A DNA stretch of 64,000 nucleotides from an uncultured Acidobacteriota bacterium (GTDB lineage Bacteria > Acidobacteriota > Thermoanaerobaculia > Multivoradales > UBA5704). Numbering within the stretch: position 1 is the first letter of the stretch; each line of letters opens with the position of its first letter. The DNA lies in the NCBI GenBank assembly GCA_963770895.1, contig CAVYRF010000002.1:3616001-3680000 (forward strand). The letters run 5' to 3'. Below the pieces are notes generated by a model. The model was not told where the DNA came from and searched no databases. It saw nothing but the letters and a program-made list of their open reading frames with translations. The translations under genes and the position numbers were made by a program. Positions 19,888 through 29,429 of the stretch are shown in pieces.

Positions 19888-20487
19888 TCAGCGGGTCCGT
19901 TCGAATTTGATTTCGTCCAGCCAGCTTTCTTTGCCGTTCTCGTACCAGGTCCAATGGGTGGTGAAGTGGTCGGCGTCCACCAGGTGGAGGACCATCTTGT
20001 CCATGTGGCCCGTGTCGCGCGACGGCAGGTTGACCGCGTCGAGGTAGGTGAAGGTCACGGCGTGGCCGGCGTCGTCGAAGCCGGTGGCCGACAGGCGGGG
20101 CGTGCTGCCGAAGGCGCAGTAATGGGTGGCGAGCAGCCGGTTGCCGTCCAGCTGGTAGGTGATGCTCATGCGGTTCTTGCCGGTCGGGTCGTCGCTCGCC
20201 AGGATGTCCTGCTGCAGGACCCTGCCGCCGGCGATGAGGCGGAAGGTGTCGGTCTCCTCGTGCCCCTTGCCGTTGGCGCCCTTCCAGGTGCCCTGCAGGC
20301 CTTTGAGCTGGTCGAAGGTGACGGCGGTCTGGGGGGCGGCCGCCGCCGGCGCGGCGGTGGGTGCAGCGGCAGCACCCAACAGGGCGGGCAAGCTCGCGGC
20401 GGCGATCAGGGTCGCCAGGGCGACGGCCGGCCAGCGCAGGGTCGGCCGGTGGCTGGACAGGGAGACAGGACTGACTCTGCGGACCAT
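19888..20487 (-). CDS. Secreted hypothetical protein (likely beta-barrel)
   Basis: Signal peptide; FDQLKGLQGTWKG, LLATHYCAFG, GHMDKM; SD GGAGG. Confidence 0.75.
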   Translation of the reverse strand: MVRRVSPVSLSSHRPTLRWPAVALATLIAAASLPALLGAAAAPTAAPAAAAPQTAVTFDQLKGLQGTWKGANGKGHEETDTFRLIAGGRVLQQDILASDDPTGKNRMSITYQLDGNRLLATHYCAFGSTPRLSATGFDDAGHAVTFTYLDAVNLPSRDTGHMDKMVLHLVDADHFTTHWTWYENGKESWLDEIKFERTR

Positions 20488-20598
20488 GAAGAACCTCCTT
20501 GGCAAGGGGAGGGCAGCCGCGCGGATGGCGGCGCCCTTCAGCATGCAGAGTGCCCGCCGCGCCGGCTTGCGAGACGGTCGCCGGCGGTACGCTCCGGC

Positions 20599-20901
20599 TC
20601 AGCTGCCGCTTTCCCCGCGGCCGGTCGCGAGGCGGCGCCCATAGGCGCTGGCGCTCGCGGCGACCGGCACGCCGACCGCGACTGCCGCGACGATCGACTC
20701 CATGGGCAGGCTCCGCAGCAACCATACCGCCGTGACCGCCGCCACCACGGCATAGATCGCGATCGCCACGCGGCCCAGCGGCGTCAAGCGGCGCGGCCGC
20801 ACGCGGCGCAGGACGCGGGCGTCGAATGCGGGTGAGAGCCGCGGCGCATCCGCGGCCATGGCGTTGGTCAGCAGCCGGTCCATCCCTGCGTCATCGTGCA
20901 T
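20599..20901 (-). CDS. Small membrane protein, putative anti-sigma factor
   Basis: Overlaps the ECF sigma 3' end; PRLSPAFDARVL followed by two TM helices. Confidence 0.65.
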   Translation of the reverse strand: MHDDAGMDRLLTNAMAADAPRLSPAFDARVLRRVRPRRLTPLGRVAIAIYAVVAAVTAVWLLRSLPMESIVAAVAVGVPVAASASAYGRRLATGRGESGS

Positions 20902-21481
20902 CGAAACCTCGTTCAGCAAGCATGGCGTGCAGCAGCCGCCTGGCGCGGTGGAGGTATGACTTCACGGTGTTCTCCGGCACATCGAGCATCACCGCGATGT
21001 CGCTTACGCGTGCGCCCAGCCAATAGTGGAGGCGCAGCGCGGACTGGTACACCTCGGGCAGCTCGCCGACGCACGCCAGGACGGCTCGCTGGCGCCGCTC
21101 GTCCTGCAACCGATCGTACGGACCGCGCTCCTGCGACGGTTGCGTCGCCAGCGCCTGGTCGCTCACGTGCGGTGCTCGATTTCGGGCGCGCGCCTTGAGG
21201 TTGAGCGCCTGATTGAACGTGATGCGGTAGATCCACGACCCGAACCTGGCCTCGCCGCGGAACGAGCGTAGAGCATGGTGCACGCGCAGCATCACGTCCT
21301 GGGCGACGTCTTCGGCTTCCGGTACGAGCTCCTGGCCGAGGATGGAAACGGCCAGACGAAACACCGGGTCTCGATAGCGCCGCACCAGCTCGGCAAATGC
21401 GTCGTCGTCGGCCGACTCCCGACACCGTTCGACCAGCCACTCGTCCGCCCGATCGGCGTAGGCGGCAGGATCAGCGCACAC
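20891..21481 (-). CDS. ECF-type RNA polymerase sigma factor
   Basis: AFAELVRRY, AEDVAQDV, FGSWIYRI, IAVMLDVPENTVKSYLHRAR. Confidence 0.92.
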   Translation of the reverse strand: MCADPAAYADRADEWLVERCRESADDDAFAELVRRYRDPVFRLAVSILGQELVPEAEDVAQDVMLRVHHALRSFRGEARFGSWIYRITFNQALNLKARARNRAPHVSDQALATQPSQERGPYDRLQDERRQRAVLACVGELPEVYQSALRLHYWLGARVSDIAVMLDVPENTVKSYLHRARRLLHAMLAERGFDAR

Positions 21482-21848
21482 GTTCGGAGGCGAGGGCGTA
21501 GTACAGCATCAACCCGATGCCCAGAAGCGCCAGCGGCAGTGGCAGCGGCCAGAGGTCTGGAGCATGCAGCTGCGGCCCGGCCCACCGCAGAGCCAGCATG
21601 GCGCCGCCGCCCAGGGCCAGCCAGACGATGCCGTGCAGCAGGGGGGCCCGCGGGTCCGGCGGCATGCGGACCCTCGGCGGATCGAGCGGCAATTCCGGCA
21701 GCGGAATGCCCTTTTCCATGGCCGCCATGCGCTCCTGGTGGACGATTTCAAGGCGGCTCTGCCGCCCGACGTGGCGGAAGTACAGATACCCCACGAACGC
21801 CACGGCGACCGCCGCGACGACGATGCCATCTCCGATCGAATGTTCCAT
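21471..21848 (-). CDS. DUF6249-like small membrane protein
   Basis: TM, then ERMAAMEKGIPLP, GIVWLALG, second TM pair; overlaps the sigma gene start. Confidence 0.7.
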   Translation of the reverse strand: MEHSIGDGIVVAAVAVAFVGYLYFRHVGRQSRLEIVHQERMAAMEKGIPLPELPLDPPRVRMPPDPRAPLLHGIVWLALGGGAMLALRWAGPQLHAPDLWPLPLPLALLGIGLMLYYALASERVR

Positions 21849-21929
21849 GTCCGTTCTCCTTGCCCTTTGGACAAGGCGTGGCGTTCGGCGGTTGCAGCAG
21901 CCGGCCGCCGGGGCGGCGGGGAGGGGACA

Positions 21930-22550
21930 CTACGGCTGTGCGGTGGCGGCGGGCTTGCGGCAGGTGAGCTGGTCGGCGGCGACCCAGTCGGGGCCGCTCT
22001 TGTTGATCTGCCAGGCGACGGTGAAGACTTCGGGGCTCTGGATCTCGAAGACGAAGCGGTTCCTGGGGTTGGCGTAGCTCACGGCGTCGGTGCCGGTCAT
22101 GACCAGGGTGCGGCCGTGCCAGCCGGGGCTGGTGTAGATGGCGTAGCCGGCGTTGTTGGCGTCCAGCTCGACCAGCTGGTGCCGGGCTTCGTCGCGACCG
22201 ATGAGGTAGTGCGCGACGTACCCCGGCGGGTCGATGTCGGTTTCCACCAGCTCGATCCAGCGGTCGCCGAAGGCGCCCCTGCCTTCGTATTTCGAATGGT
22301 GCGGCCGGGTGCTGGGCTGAAAGCTCCCCTTGCAGTCCCAGGTGCCGGTGAAGCTGAAGCCCGCCGGCGGGTCGGCGAGCAGCGGGGGCGCGTCCGGCGC
22401 CGGCGCCGCGCCGCTCGGGACGGGAGCGCTGGTGGCGCGGCCGGCGGTGCCGCTGGGGATCGGGGCGCTGCCGGCGCCTCGGGCGGCGCCGGTGGCAAGG
22501 ACGGCCAGGATTGCCAGGCCGCCTGCCGCGGCGCGCAGGGTCGATCGCAT
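21930..22550 (-). CDS. Secreted hypothetical protein (possibly DUF1579-like)
   Basis: Signal peptide; FSFTGTWDCKG, YTSPGW; SD AAGGAG. Confidence 0.65.
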   Translation of the reverse strand: MRSTLRAAAGGLAILAVLATGAARGAGSAPIPSGTAGRATSAPVPSGAAPAPDAPPLLADPPAGFSFTGTWDCKGSFQPSTRPHHSKYEGRGAFGDRWIELVETDIDPPGYVAHYLIGRDEARHQLVELDANNAGYAIYTSPGWHGRTLVMTGTDAVSYANPRNRFVFEIQSPEVFTVAWQINKSGPDWVAADQLTCRKPAATAQP

Positions 22551-22596
22551 CCTCGTAGCTCCTTTGCCGCAGGCGGGGGCGCGGCCGCGCCGCCCA

Positions 22597-24861
22597 CTAC
22601 TGCAGGTGACTGCGCAGCCAGTCCACGCTGCGCACCAGCGCATCGTGCGCGTCGGCGGCGTTGAGGTGATGGCCCTCGTCGGGATAGATCACCAGGCGGG
22701 TTTCGACGCCCAGGGTGCGCAGCGCGTGCCAGTACTCGTAGGATTGAGGCGCCGGCACCTCGGCGTCGCGCTCCCCTTGCAGCACCAGGGTCGGCGTGTG
22801 CACCGCCTTGATGAACGTCATGGGCGAGCTGCGCGCGTAGATCCAGGGGTCGTCGTAGACCGAGGCGCCGAAAAACGGGATCATCCAGCGATCGATCCGA
22901 TTCTGGCCGTAATAGCTCTGCCAGTTGGCCACACCGGCTCCCGCCACCGCGGCGCGGAAGCGGTCGGTCTGGGTGATGGCCCACATGGTCATGTAGCCGC
23001 CGTAGCTCCAGCCATCGATGGCCAGGCGCTGTGGATCGATCGGCGCCGCCGCCAGCGCCGCATCGACGCCGGCCAGGATGTCGCGCAGGTCGCCGTAGCC
23101 GAAATCCTTGACGTTGCCGCGGGTGAACGCTTCGCCCATGCCGTAGCTGCCGCGCGGGTTGGGCAGCAGGACGTAGAACCCCTGGCTGGCCAGGGCGCCG
23201 GCGACGCGCGGCCAACCCGCCTGGTGGGCTGAAGACGGTCCGCCGTGCACCAGCACGACGAGCGGCGCGCGGCGGCCGGATTGCAGAGCCGCGGCCGGCG
23301 GGGCCAGCAGCCAACCCTGCGCCTGTGCTCCGGCGGCCAGGTCGCTCGGCCAGCGCAGCGACCGGGCGGCGCCCCAGACGGGCTGCACCGCGTCGTTATG
23401 GTGGGTGACCTGGCGCCAGCCGGCGCCCAGGGGGGCATCGCCGTCGCCAGTGGGGACCGCGCCCGCGGCGGTGGCCGCGAGGGTGGCGGACGCGGCGCTG
23501 GCGGCGTCCAGCGTCCCTGCCCAGATTTCCGGCGGGTGGGTGAACGAGCTGACGATCGCGGCGCCGACTTGCCCGTCGCGCGACACCGCCAGCCCAGGGC
23601 CGCGGCTGGCGGAGAACGTCGCGTCCCGGCGCCACAGCGGGGTCGCGGCGTCGCCGGCGGGGGCGAAGCGCGTCAGCCCCATGCCGCCCTGGATCTCCTC
23701 CAGGACCAGCAGCGCGCCGCCCGCCGTCCACGCCAGCCAGGCGGCCGAGGTGGGGCGGTCGGCGGTGAGATCGCGCGCCGGGCCGCCGGCCGCCGGGACG
23801 GTATAGACGTCGCCGCCGGTCACGCCCTGATCGCTCATCACGCCGCCGATCAGAGCGATGGTGCGCCCGTCCGGCGACCAACGCGGATCGGCCATCTGGA
23901 ACGACGGCTTGAGCAGCGAGCGGGCGGCGCCGCTGGCGCGATCGAAGCGGTACAGCTCGGCATCCCACCAGTTGTCGTCGCCCTCGCCGTGGGCGGCGAC
24001 GCCGGCCAGCGCCGAGCCGTCGGGCGACCAGTCGAAGTCGTACACGAACAGGTCCGGCGGCGACGCCGGGCGCACCGCGCCGCCGGCCAGGTCGACGATC
24101 GCGATGCGCTGCTCGTCCGGATTTTCGCCCACCGTGCCGGCGTCGCGCGGCGCCGCCGCGGTGGGTGCCGCGGAGGTGCTGCGGCCGGCGATCCACAGCA
24201 GGGCGATGGCCGTGCCGTCGGGCGACCAGGCCAGGTCCGACAGCTGCCCGCGCAGGTCGGTCAGCGGTCTGGCGCCGCCCGCAAAGTCGGCGACCCAAAC
24301 CTGTTTCTGGTGGTCGGCAGGCATCTCCGGCATCGTGGCGCCGGGCCTGGCCGCCGGCTTGCTGGCTGCACGGCGGCCGGCGCCGTGCCGTGATCCCGCC
24401 GGTCCCGGCGCTCCCGGAGGAAGTGGGGCCAGGAACGCGAGGCGCGTGCCGTCCGGCGACCAGACCGGGTTGCTGGCGCCGGCGGCCCCGGTCTCCAGGC
24501 GCCGGGCCGGTCCTGCGATGCCGCCGGCCCCGAGCTCGGCGACGAAGACGATGGCGCTGGATTCTCCGCCCTGGCCGCGCGGCGTCTCGGTCCAGGCGAT
24601 GCGCCGCCCATCGGGCGACACCGCCGTGGCGCCAAACGATCGCGTCGCCGCCTCGGCCGCCAGCGCCTGATCGAGCGTGGACGCGCTGACGCCGGCGTCC
24701 GCGCCGGCCGGCGGCGGCGGTTGCGGCGGCGGCTGAGGCGCGGTGTGGCCAGGCGCCGCCGCCCCGCTCGCGATCGTTGCCGCCGCGAGCCCGATGCGTA
24801 GCGCGGGACGCCAGATCCACAGGGAGCGGCGCGGCAGGGTGGCTCGGCGGAGCGTGGTCAT
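22597..24861 (-). CDS. S9 family prolyl oligopeptidase/acylaminoacyl peptidase with PD40 propeller
   Basis: WSPDG repeats, VHGGP, NPRGS, nucleophile GWSYGG, GERDAEV, YPDEGH. Confidence 0.92.
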   Translation of the reverse strand: MTTLRRATLPRRSLWIWRPALRIGLAAATIASGAAAPGHTAPQPPPQPPPPAGADAGVSASTLDQALAAEAATRSFGATAVSPDGRRIAWTETPRGQGGESSAIVFVAELGAGGIAGPARRLETGAAGASNPVWSPDGTRLAFLAPLPPGAPGPAGSRHGAGRRAASKPAARPGATMPEMPADHQKQVWVADFAGGARPLTDLRGQLSDLAWSPDGTAIALLWIAGRSTSAAPTAAAPRDAGTVGENPDEQRIAIVDLAGGAVRPASPPDLFVYDFDWSPDGSALAGVAAHGEGDDNWWDAELYRFDRASGAARSLLKPSFQMADPRWSPDGRTIALIGGVMSDQGVTGGDVYTVPAAGGPARDLTADRPTSAAWLAWTAGGALLVLEEIQGGMGLTRFAPAGDAATPLWRRDATFSASRGPGLAVSRDGQVGAAIVSSFTHPPEIWAGTLDAASAASATLAATAAGAVPTGDGDAPLGAGWRQVTHHNDAVQPVWGAARSLRWPSDLAAGAQAQGWLLAPPAAALQSGRRAPLVVLVHGGPSSAHQAGWPRVAGALASQGFYVLLPNPRGSYGMGEAFTRGNVKDFGYGDLRDILAGVDAALAAAPIDPQRLAIDGWSYGGYMTMWAITQTDRFRAAVAGAGVANWQSYYGQNRIDRWMIPFFGASVYDDPWIYARSSPMTFIKAVHTPTLVLQGERDAEVPAPQSYEYWHALRTLGVETRLVIYPDEGHHLNAADAHDALVRSVDWLRSHLQ

Positions 24862-25331
24862 GGTGAGGGGTCCTCGGTAGGGGCCGCTGTCAGATACATG
24901 CCCGGCCGCACGATCTCCATGTGGCGGTCGGGCTGGGCGAGGGCGGAGAAGCCGAAGTGCCGGTAGAGCGGGTGCGCATCGCGGGTCACCAGCGAAAACC
25001 GGCGCAGGCCCGCGACCGCCGGGTAATCCATCACGCACTCCATGAGCCAGCGTCCGAGCCCCTCGCCGCGGTGCTCGGGCAGCACGTAGACGTCGCACAG
25101 GTAGGCAAACGTGGCCTGGTCGGTGACGACCCGCGCCAGCCCCACCTGCCCGCCGCCTGCCGCGAGCAGGCTGAAGCAGAGAGAGTTGGCGACCGCCCGC
25201 GCCAGCACCTGGCGCGGGATGCCGGCGGACCAATAGGCGGTGGCCAGAAATCCATGCACCGCATCCAGATCCAGGCGCGCCGGATCGGTGGTCACGACGA
25301 AGCCGGGTCGCGTGCGTTCGTAGCAGTCCAT
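24858..25331 (-). CDS. GNAT family N-acetyltransferase
   Basis: AYWSAGIP, DVYVLPEHRGEGLGRWL, AHPLYRHFGF. Confidence 0.9.
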   Translation of the reverse strand: MDCYERTRPGFVVTTDPARLDLDAVHGFLATAYWSAGIPRQVLARAVANSLCFSLLAAGGGQVGLARVVTDQATFAYLCDVYVLPEHRGEGLGRWLMECVMDYPAVAGLRRFSLVTRDAHPLYRHFGFSALAQPDRHMEIVRPGMYLTAAPTEDPSP

Positions 25332-25359
25332 GGGCCGCCCGCAATCCTACACCGCGTAC

Positions 25360-25764
25360 TTACGAACCGGAGCGCCAGGGGCGATCGCGCGGGCGCTTGT
25401 AGGGCGGCGGCGGGCCGCTGTCGAGCGATGCGGGCGGCTCGGCGGGCGGGGAAGTTGCCGCAGAGGGTGCCGCGGCCGGCATTGCCAGCGGCGCATCCCC
25501 GGTCGGCGACAGCTGGGACGCCGCCGCGGGCGGTGCGGCCTGGATGGCGGGAGGCGCGGCTGCCGCGGCCGATGCGACTGCCGCGCTGGCGTGGCGCCGC
25601 GTCAACCAGGCCAGGGCCACGGCCTGCAGGGCCGGGATGGCAGCGAGCTCCAGCAACGCGCCCCAGCCGCGGTCGGCGCGCTGGAAAACCGCCAGCGACA
25701 CCGCCGCCCGCGTCAGCCAGAAGGCCGCCAGCAGCGCCAGCCAGACATGGACCAGTCGTCGCAT
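25360..25764 (-). CDS. Small hypothetical membrane protein
   Basis: MRRLVHVWLALLAAFWL..., two TM helices plus Pro/Ala tail. Confidence 0.45.
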   Translation of the reverse strand: MRRLVHVWLALLAAFWLTRAAVSLAVFQRADRGWGALLELAAIPALQAVALAWLTRRHASAAVASAAAAAPPAIQAAPPAAASQLSPTGDAPLAMPAAAPSAATSPPAEPPASLDSGPPPPYKRPRDRPWRSGS

Positions 25765-25931
25765 GGTGTTTCGCCCCTGCTCCCTGCGGCGCCGGCCGCC
25801 CGGCGGCGGCGCCGCCCTGGCGCCGGCAAGAGGATCGCTCGATCCGGCCTGCCGGCGCAATCGGCGGCAGGCCGCGAGGGGTGGTGTACACTGCAAAGCT
25901 ACAAGGCAACTTCGCTCCAAAAGGAGGTCCC

Positions 25932-28406
25932 ATGCTGCCGCTGCTCTCAGCTACCGCCTTCTTTGCCGCATCCCTGGCGGCGAAGACACCACAGATGTCC
26001 GGTATCAGCGCCGTGCACCCCTCCACCCGCCGGCCGGCGGCGGTGGAGGCGGAAGACCTGCGGCGCGCCGATCAACCGGCCGAAGCACAGGCCTTCTTTC
26101 TGCAAAAGCGGGTGGGCGCCGGCGAGAAGGCGCTGCCGTACGAGCGCTACCTGGCGGCGCGATCGCAGATGGCGCTGATGCGCCAGTACTCGAGCAGCAC
26201 CAGGAGCTTTCTGCCGTCGCGCGCCTCGCTCGCTGGGACGGCGGCGGCGGCCGCGACGACGGGATGGACGGCGCTCGGGCCCGGCAACATCGGCGGCCGC
26301 ACGCTGTCGCTGGTGTTCGAGCCGGACAACGCCAACATTCTGTATGCCGGCACCGCGGACGGCGGCATCTGGAAGACGACCAACGGCGGCGCCGCCTGGG
26401 CGCCGCTCGGCGACATGCTGCCCAGCCTGGCGGTCAGCTCGTTGATCATGGACCCCGTCAATTTCGACGTGCTGTATGCCGGTACCGGCGAAGGGGCCTA
26501 CAACGGCGACTCGGTGCAGGGCGCCGGGGTGTTCCAGACGGTGGACGCCGGCCAGCATTGGACGCAGATGCCCGGCACCAATACGCCGGACTTCTACTAT
26601 GTCAACAAGCTGGTGCTCAGCCCGGCGAGCGGCCGTCTGTACGCCGCCACGCGCACCGGCGTGTGGCGCTACAACGCCGCCGCCGGGGCATGGGCGCAGC
26701 TGCTGGCGCCGGGGACCTTCCTGGGCTGCTTCGACCTGGCGCTGCGCATCGACAGCTCCGGCAACGAAGTGATGTTTGCCGCCTGCGGCAGCTTCCTGCA
26801 AGGGGCGATCTACCGCAATACGCAGGCGCAGGTCGCCGGCTCTCCATGGAACGTGGTGTTCACCAACCCCGCCATGGGGCGCACCAGCCTGGCGATCGCG
26901 CCATCCAATCCCGACACCATCTACGCCATGGTGACCAGCAATGCCAACGGCCCGCACCAGGGCTACAACGAAGGCCTGCTGGGCGTCTTCCGCTCGACCC
27001 AGGGCGGCGCCGCCGGCACCTGGCAGGCGCGCCTGGTCAACACCAGCCACGACCTTACCAGCACCTTGCTGCTGAGCAACCCGGTGTACGCGGTCCTGGC
27101 GCTGTGCAATTTCGGCCCTTTCAACGCTTACTACAACCAGGGTTGGTACGACACGGTGATTGCCGTCGATCCCACCAACGCGGACCGCGTCTGGGCCGGC
27201 GGCATCGACCTGTTCCGCTCCGACGACGGCGGCCAGACGTTTGGCGCCGCGTCCTATTGGTGGGTGCAGCCCGACCCCCCTTACAACCATGCGGACCAGC
27301 ACGCGCTTGCGTTCCCGCCGGGCTATGACGGCGCCGCCAACCAGCAGCTGTTCAGCGGCAACGACGGCGGCGTCTTCGTCACCCGCAACTCGCTGGCGCA
27401 GACCGCGCTGCACGACCCGTACGAGCTGTGCAACGACAAGTACAGCCAGGTGGTGTTCGAAAACATCAACAACGGCTTCTCCGCCACGCAGTTCTACGAC
27501 GGCGCCGTGTATCCCGACGGCAGCACCTACTTTGGCGGCACGCAGGACAACGGCACCGTCGGCGGCGACGACCAGACCGGGCCCAACCAGTGGAATACGC
27601 TGCTGGGCGGCGACGGCGGCTTCGTGGCGGTAAATCCCGCCAACACCAGCGTCCTCTACGCCACCAACACCGGTCTTTCGCTGCAAAAATCGATCGATGG
27701 CGGGCAGCTGTTCGTCAACGCCATCGGCGGCATCGCGGACAACAACTTCCTGTTCATCGCGCCGTTCATCCTGGACGCGACCAACCCGCAACGGTTGTGG
27801 ACCGGCGGCTCCTACCTATGGCGTACCAACAACGGCGCCGCCAACTGGTCGCGCGCCAGCACTCGCGTGGCCGGTTCGCTGGGCGCGGCGATCAGCGCCA
27901 TCGCCAGCTCGCCGGTGGATGCCAACCACGTCCTGATGGCAACCACCGAAGGCAACATTCAGCGCAACAGCGCGGCGCTCGCGGCCGCTCCCACGACGGT
28001 CTGGCCCCGCGCCAAGCCGCGCAGCGGCTACGTCTCGTGGCTGACGTTCGATCCCGCCGACGCCAACACCGCCTATGCCACCTACTCCACCTTCGGCGGC
28101 ACTCACGTCTTCAAGACCATCGACGGCGGCGCCACCTGGAGCGGCATCGACGGCACCGGCACCGGCGCCCTCCCTGACATGCCCGTCAACACCATCGCCG
28201 TCGACCCGGCAACGTCCAACCTCTACGTCGGCACCGACATGGGCGTCTTCGTGTCCCTCGACGGCGGCCAGAGCTGGGCGCTGGAGCTGACCGGCTTCCC
28301 CAATTCCGTCACCGACGCCCTGGTCATGCACGTCGATCCCACCGGCGGCCGCTCCGTCTTCGCCTTCACCCACGGCCGCGGCGTCTGGCGCGTCGATCTC
28401 CAGTAA
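25932..28406 (+). CDS. Secreted BNR/Asp-box (sortilin/VPS10-like) beta-propeller protein
   Basis: SD AAGGAGG; WTALGPGNIGGR, SxDGGxTW-type repeats, HADQH, GGTQDNG, GGDG, terminal FTHGRGVW. Confidence 0.88.
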   Translation: MLPLLSATAFFAASLAAKTPQMSGISAVHPSTRRPAAVEAEDLRRADQPAEAQAFFLQKRVGAGEKALPYERYLAARSQMALMRQYSSSTRSFLPSRASLAGTAAAAATTGWTALGPGNIGGRTLSLVFEPDNANILYAGTADGGIWKTTNGGAAWAPLGDMLPSLAVSSLIMDPVNFDVLYAGTGEGAYNGDSVQGAGVFQTVDAGQHWTQMPGTNTPDFYYVNKLVLSPASGRLYAATRTGVWRYNAAAGAWAQLLAPGTFLGCFDLALRIDSSGNEVMFAACGSFLQGAIYRNTQAQVAGSPWNVVFTNPAMGRTSLAIAPSNPDTIYAMVTSNANGPHQGYNEGLLGVFRSTQGGAAGTWQARLVNTSHDLTSTLLLSNPVYAVLALCNFGPFNAYYNQGWYDTVIAVDPTNADRVWAGGIDLFRSDDGGQTFGAASYWWVQPDPPYNHADQHALAFPPGYDGAANQQLFSGNDGGVFVTRNSLAQTALHDPYELCNDKYSQVVFENINNGFSATQFYDGAVYPDGSTYFGGTQDNGTVGGDDQTGPNQWNTLLGGDGGFVAVNPANTSVLYATNTGLSLQKSIDGGQLFVNAIGGIADNNFLFIAPFILDATNPQRLWTGGSYLWRTNNGAANWSRASTRVAGSLGAAISAIASSPVDANHVLMATTEGNIQRNSAALAAAPTTVWPRAKPRSGYVSWLTFDPADANTAYATYSTFGGTHVFKTIDGGATWSGIDGTGTGALPDMPVNTIAVDPATSNLYVGTDMGVFVSLDGGQSWALELTGFPNSVTDALVMHVDPTGGRSVFAFTHGRGVWRVDLQ

Positions 28407-28579
28407 CCGCGCCACCATCGCTCCCCGCCCCCCGCCATTCCCGCCCGCGAGCACGCGCTCCGGGCGGGGGCGGCCCCTGGCGCCGCGGGTCACGCCTGGT
28501 GGCCGCGGGCGGCTTCCGGCGTATGCTGCGCGTGGCCGCCGGCTGTGCGGCGCGCCGATTCGGGGAATCTCCTGCTGCC

Positions 28580-29398
28580 ATGTCCATCTACGCGATCGGC
28601 GACGTGCACGGTTGCTTCGAAACGCTGCAGGCGCTCCTGGCGCGCATCGGCTACGCCCCCGGCACCGACAGGCTGTGGATGGTCGGCGACCTGGTGAACC
28701 GGGGACCGCGGTCGCTGGACGTGCTGCGGTGGGCGAGCGGCATGGGCGATGGGCTGGTGGCGGTGCTCGGCAATCACGATCTCTACCTGCTGGCGCGCGC
28801 GGCCGGCGTCGTCGAGCGCAAGCGCCGCGACACGCTCGACGCGGTGCTGGCGGCGCCGGACCGCGACGACCTGCTGGCGTGGCTGAGGCAGCGGCCCCTG
28901 CTGCACCGCGAAGATGGGCACGTGCTGGTGCATGCGGGCCTGTTTCCCGCCTGGACCGCGGCGCGGGCGGAGGAGCTGGCGGGCGAGGCCGCGACGCGCC
29001 TGCGCGGGCGCGGCGGCGACCGCCTGCTGCGCCAGGCGCTCGCCAAGCGAGTCGAGCGCTGGCGGGAGAGCGCCGGCGCCGGCGCCCGCGCCCGCATCGC
29101 GCTCGCCGGTCTGGCGCGCATGCGGGCGCTGGCCGCGGACGGCAGCCTGTGCGCCGACTTCAGCGGCGCGCTCGACGAGATGCCCGCGGGCTGCAAGCCC
29201 TGGTTCGAAGTCGCGGAGCGGCGCAGCGCCGGCGAGCGCATCGTCTTCGGCCATTGGGCGGCGCTGGGGCTCCACATGGTGCCCGGCATCGCCGCGATCG
29301 ATACCGGATGCGTCTGGGGCCAGCGCCTGACCGCCCTGCGCCTGGACGACGGGGCGGTCTTCCACGAGCCGGCGCGAGAGCGCCCCGGACAGGTTTGA
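28580..29398 (+). CDS. apaH: Symmetrical bis(5'-nucleosyl)-tetraphosphatase
   Basis: YAIGDVHGC, GDLVNRGPRS, VLGNHDL, VHAG, FGHWAALG, IDTGCVWG. Confidence 0.93.
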   Translation: MSIYAIGDVHGCFETLQALLARIGYAPGTDRLWMVGDLVNRGPRSLDVLRWASGMGDGLVAVLGNHDLYLLARAAGVVERKRRDTLDAVLAAPDRDDLLAWLRQRPLLHREDGHVLVHAGLFPAWTAARAEELAGEAATRLRGRGGDRLLRQALAKRVERWRESAGAGARARIALAGLARMRALAADGSLCADFSGALDEMPAGCKPWFEVAERRSAGERIVFGHWAALGLHMVPGIAAIDTGCVWGQRLTALRLDDGAVFHEPARERPGQV

Positions 29399-29429
29399 AC
29401 GGCCGCGAGCCTCTCAGCTGGTGTGCCTC

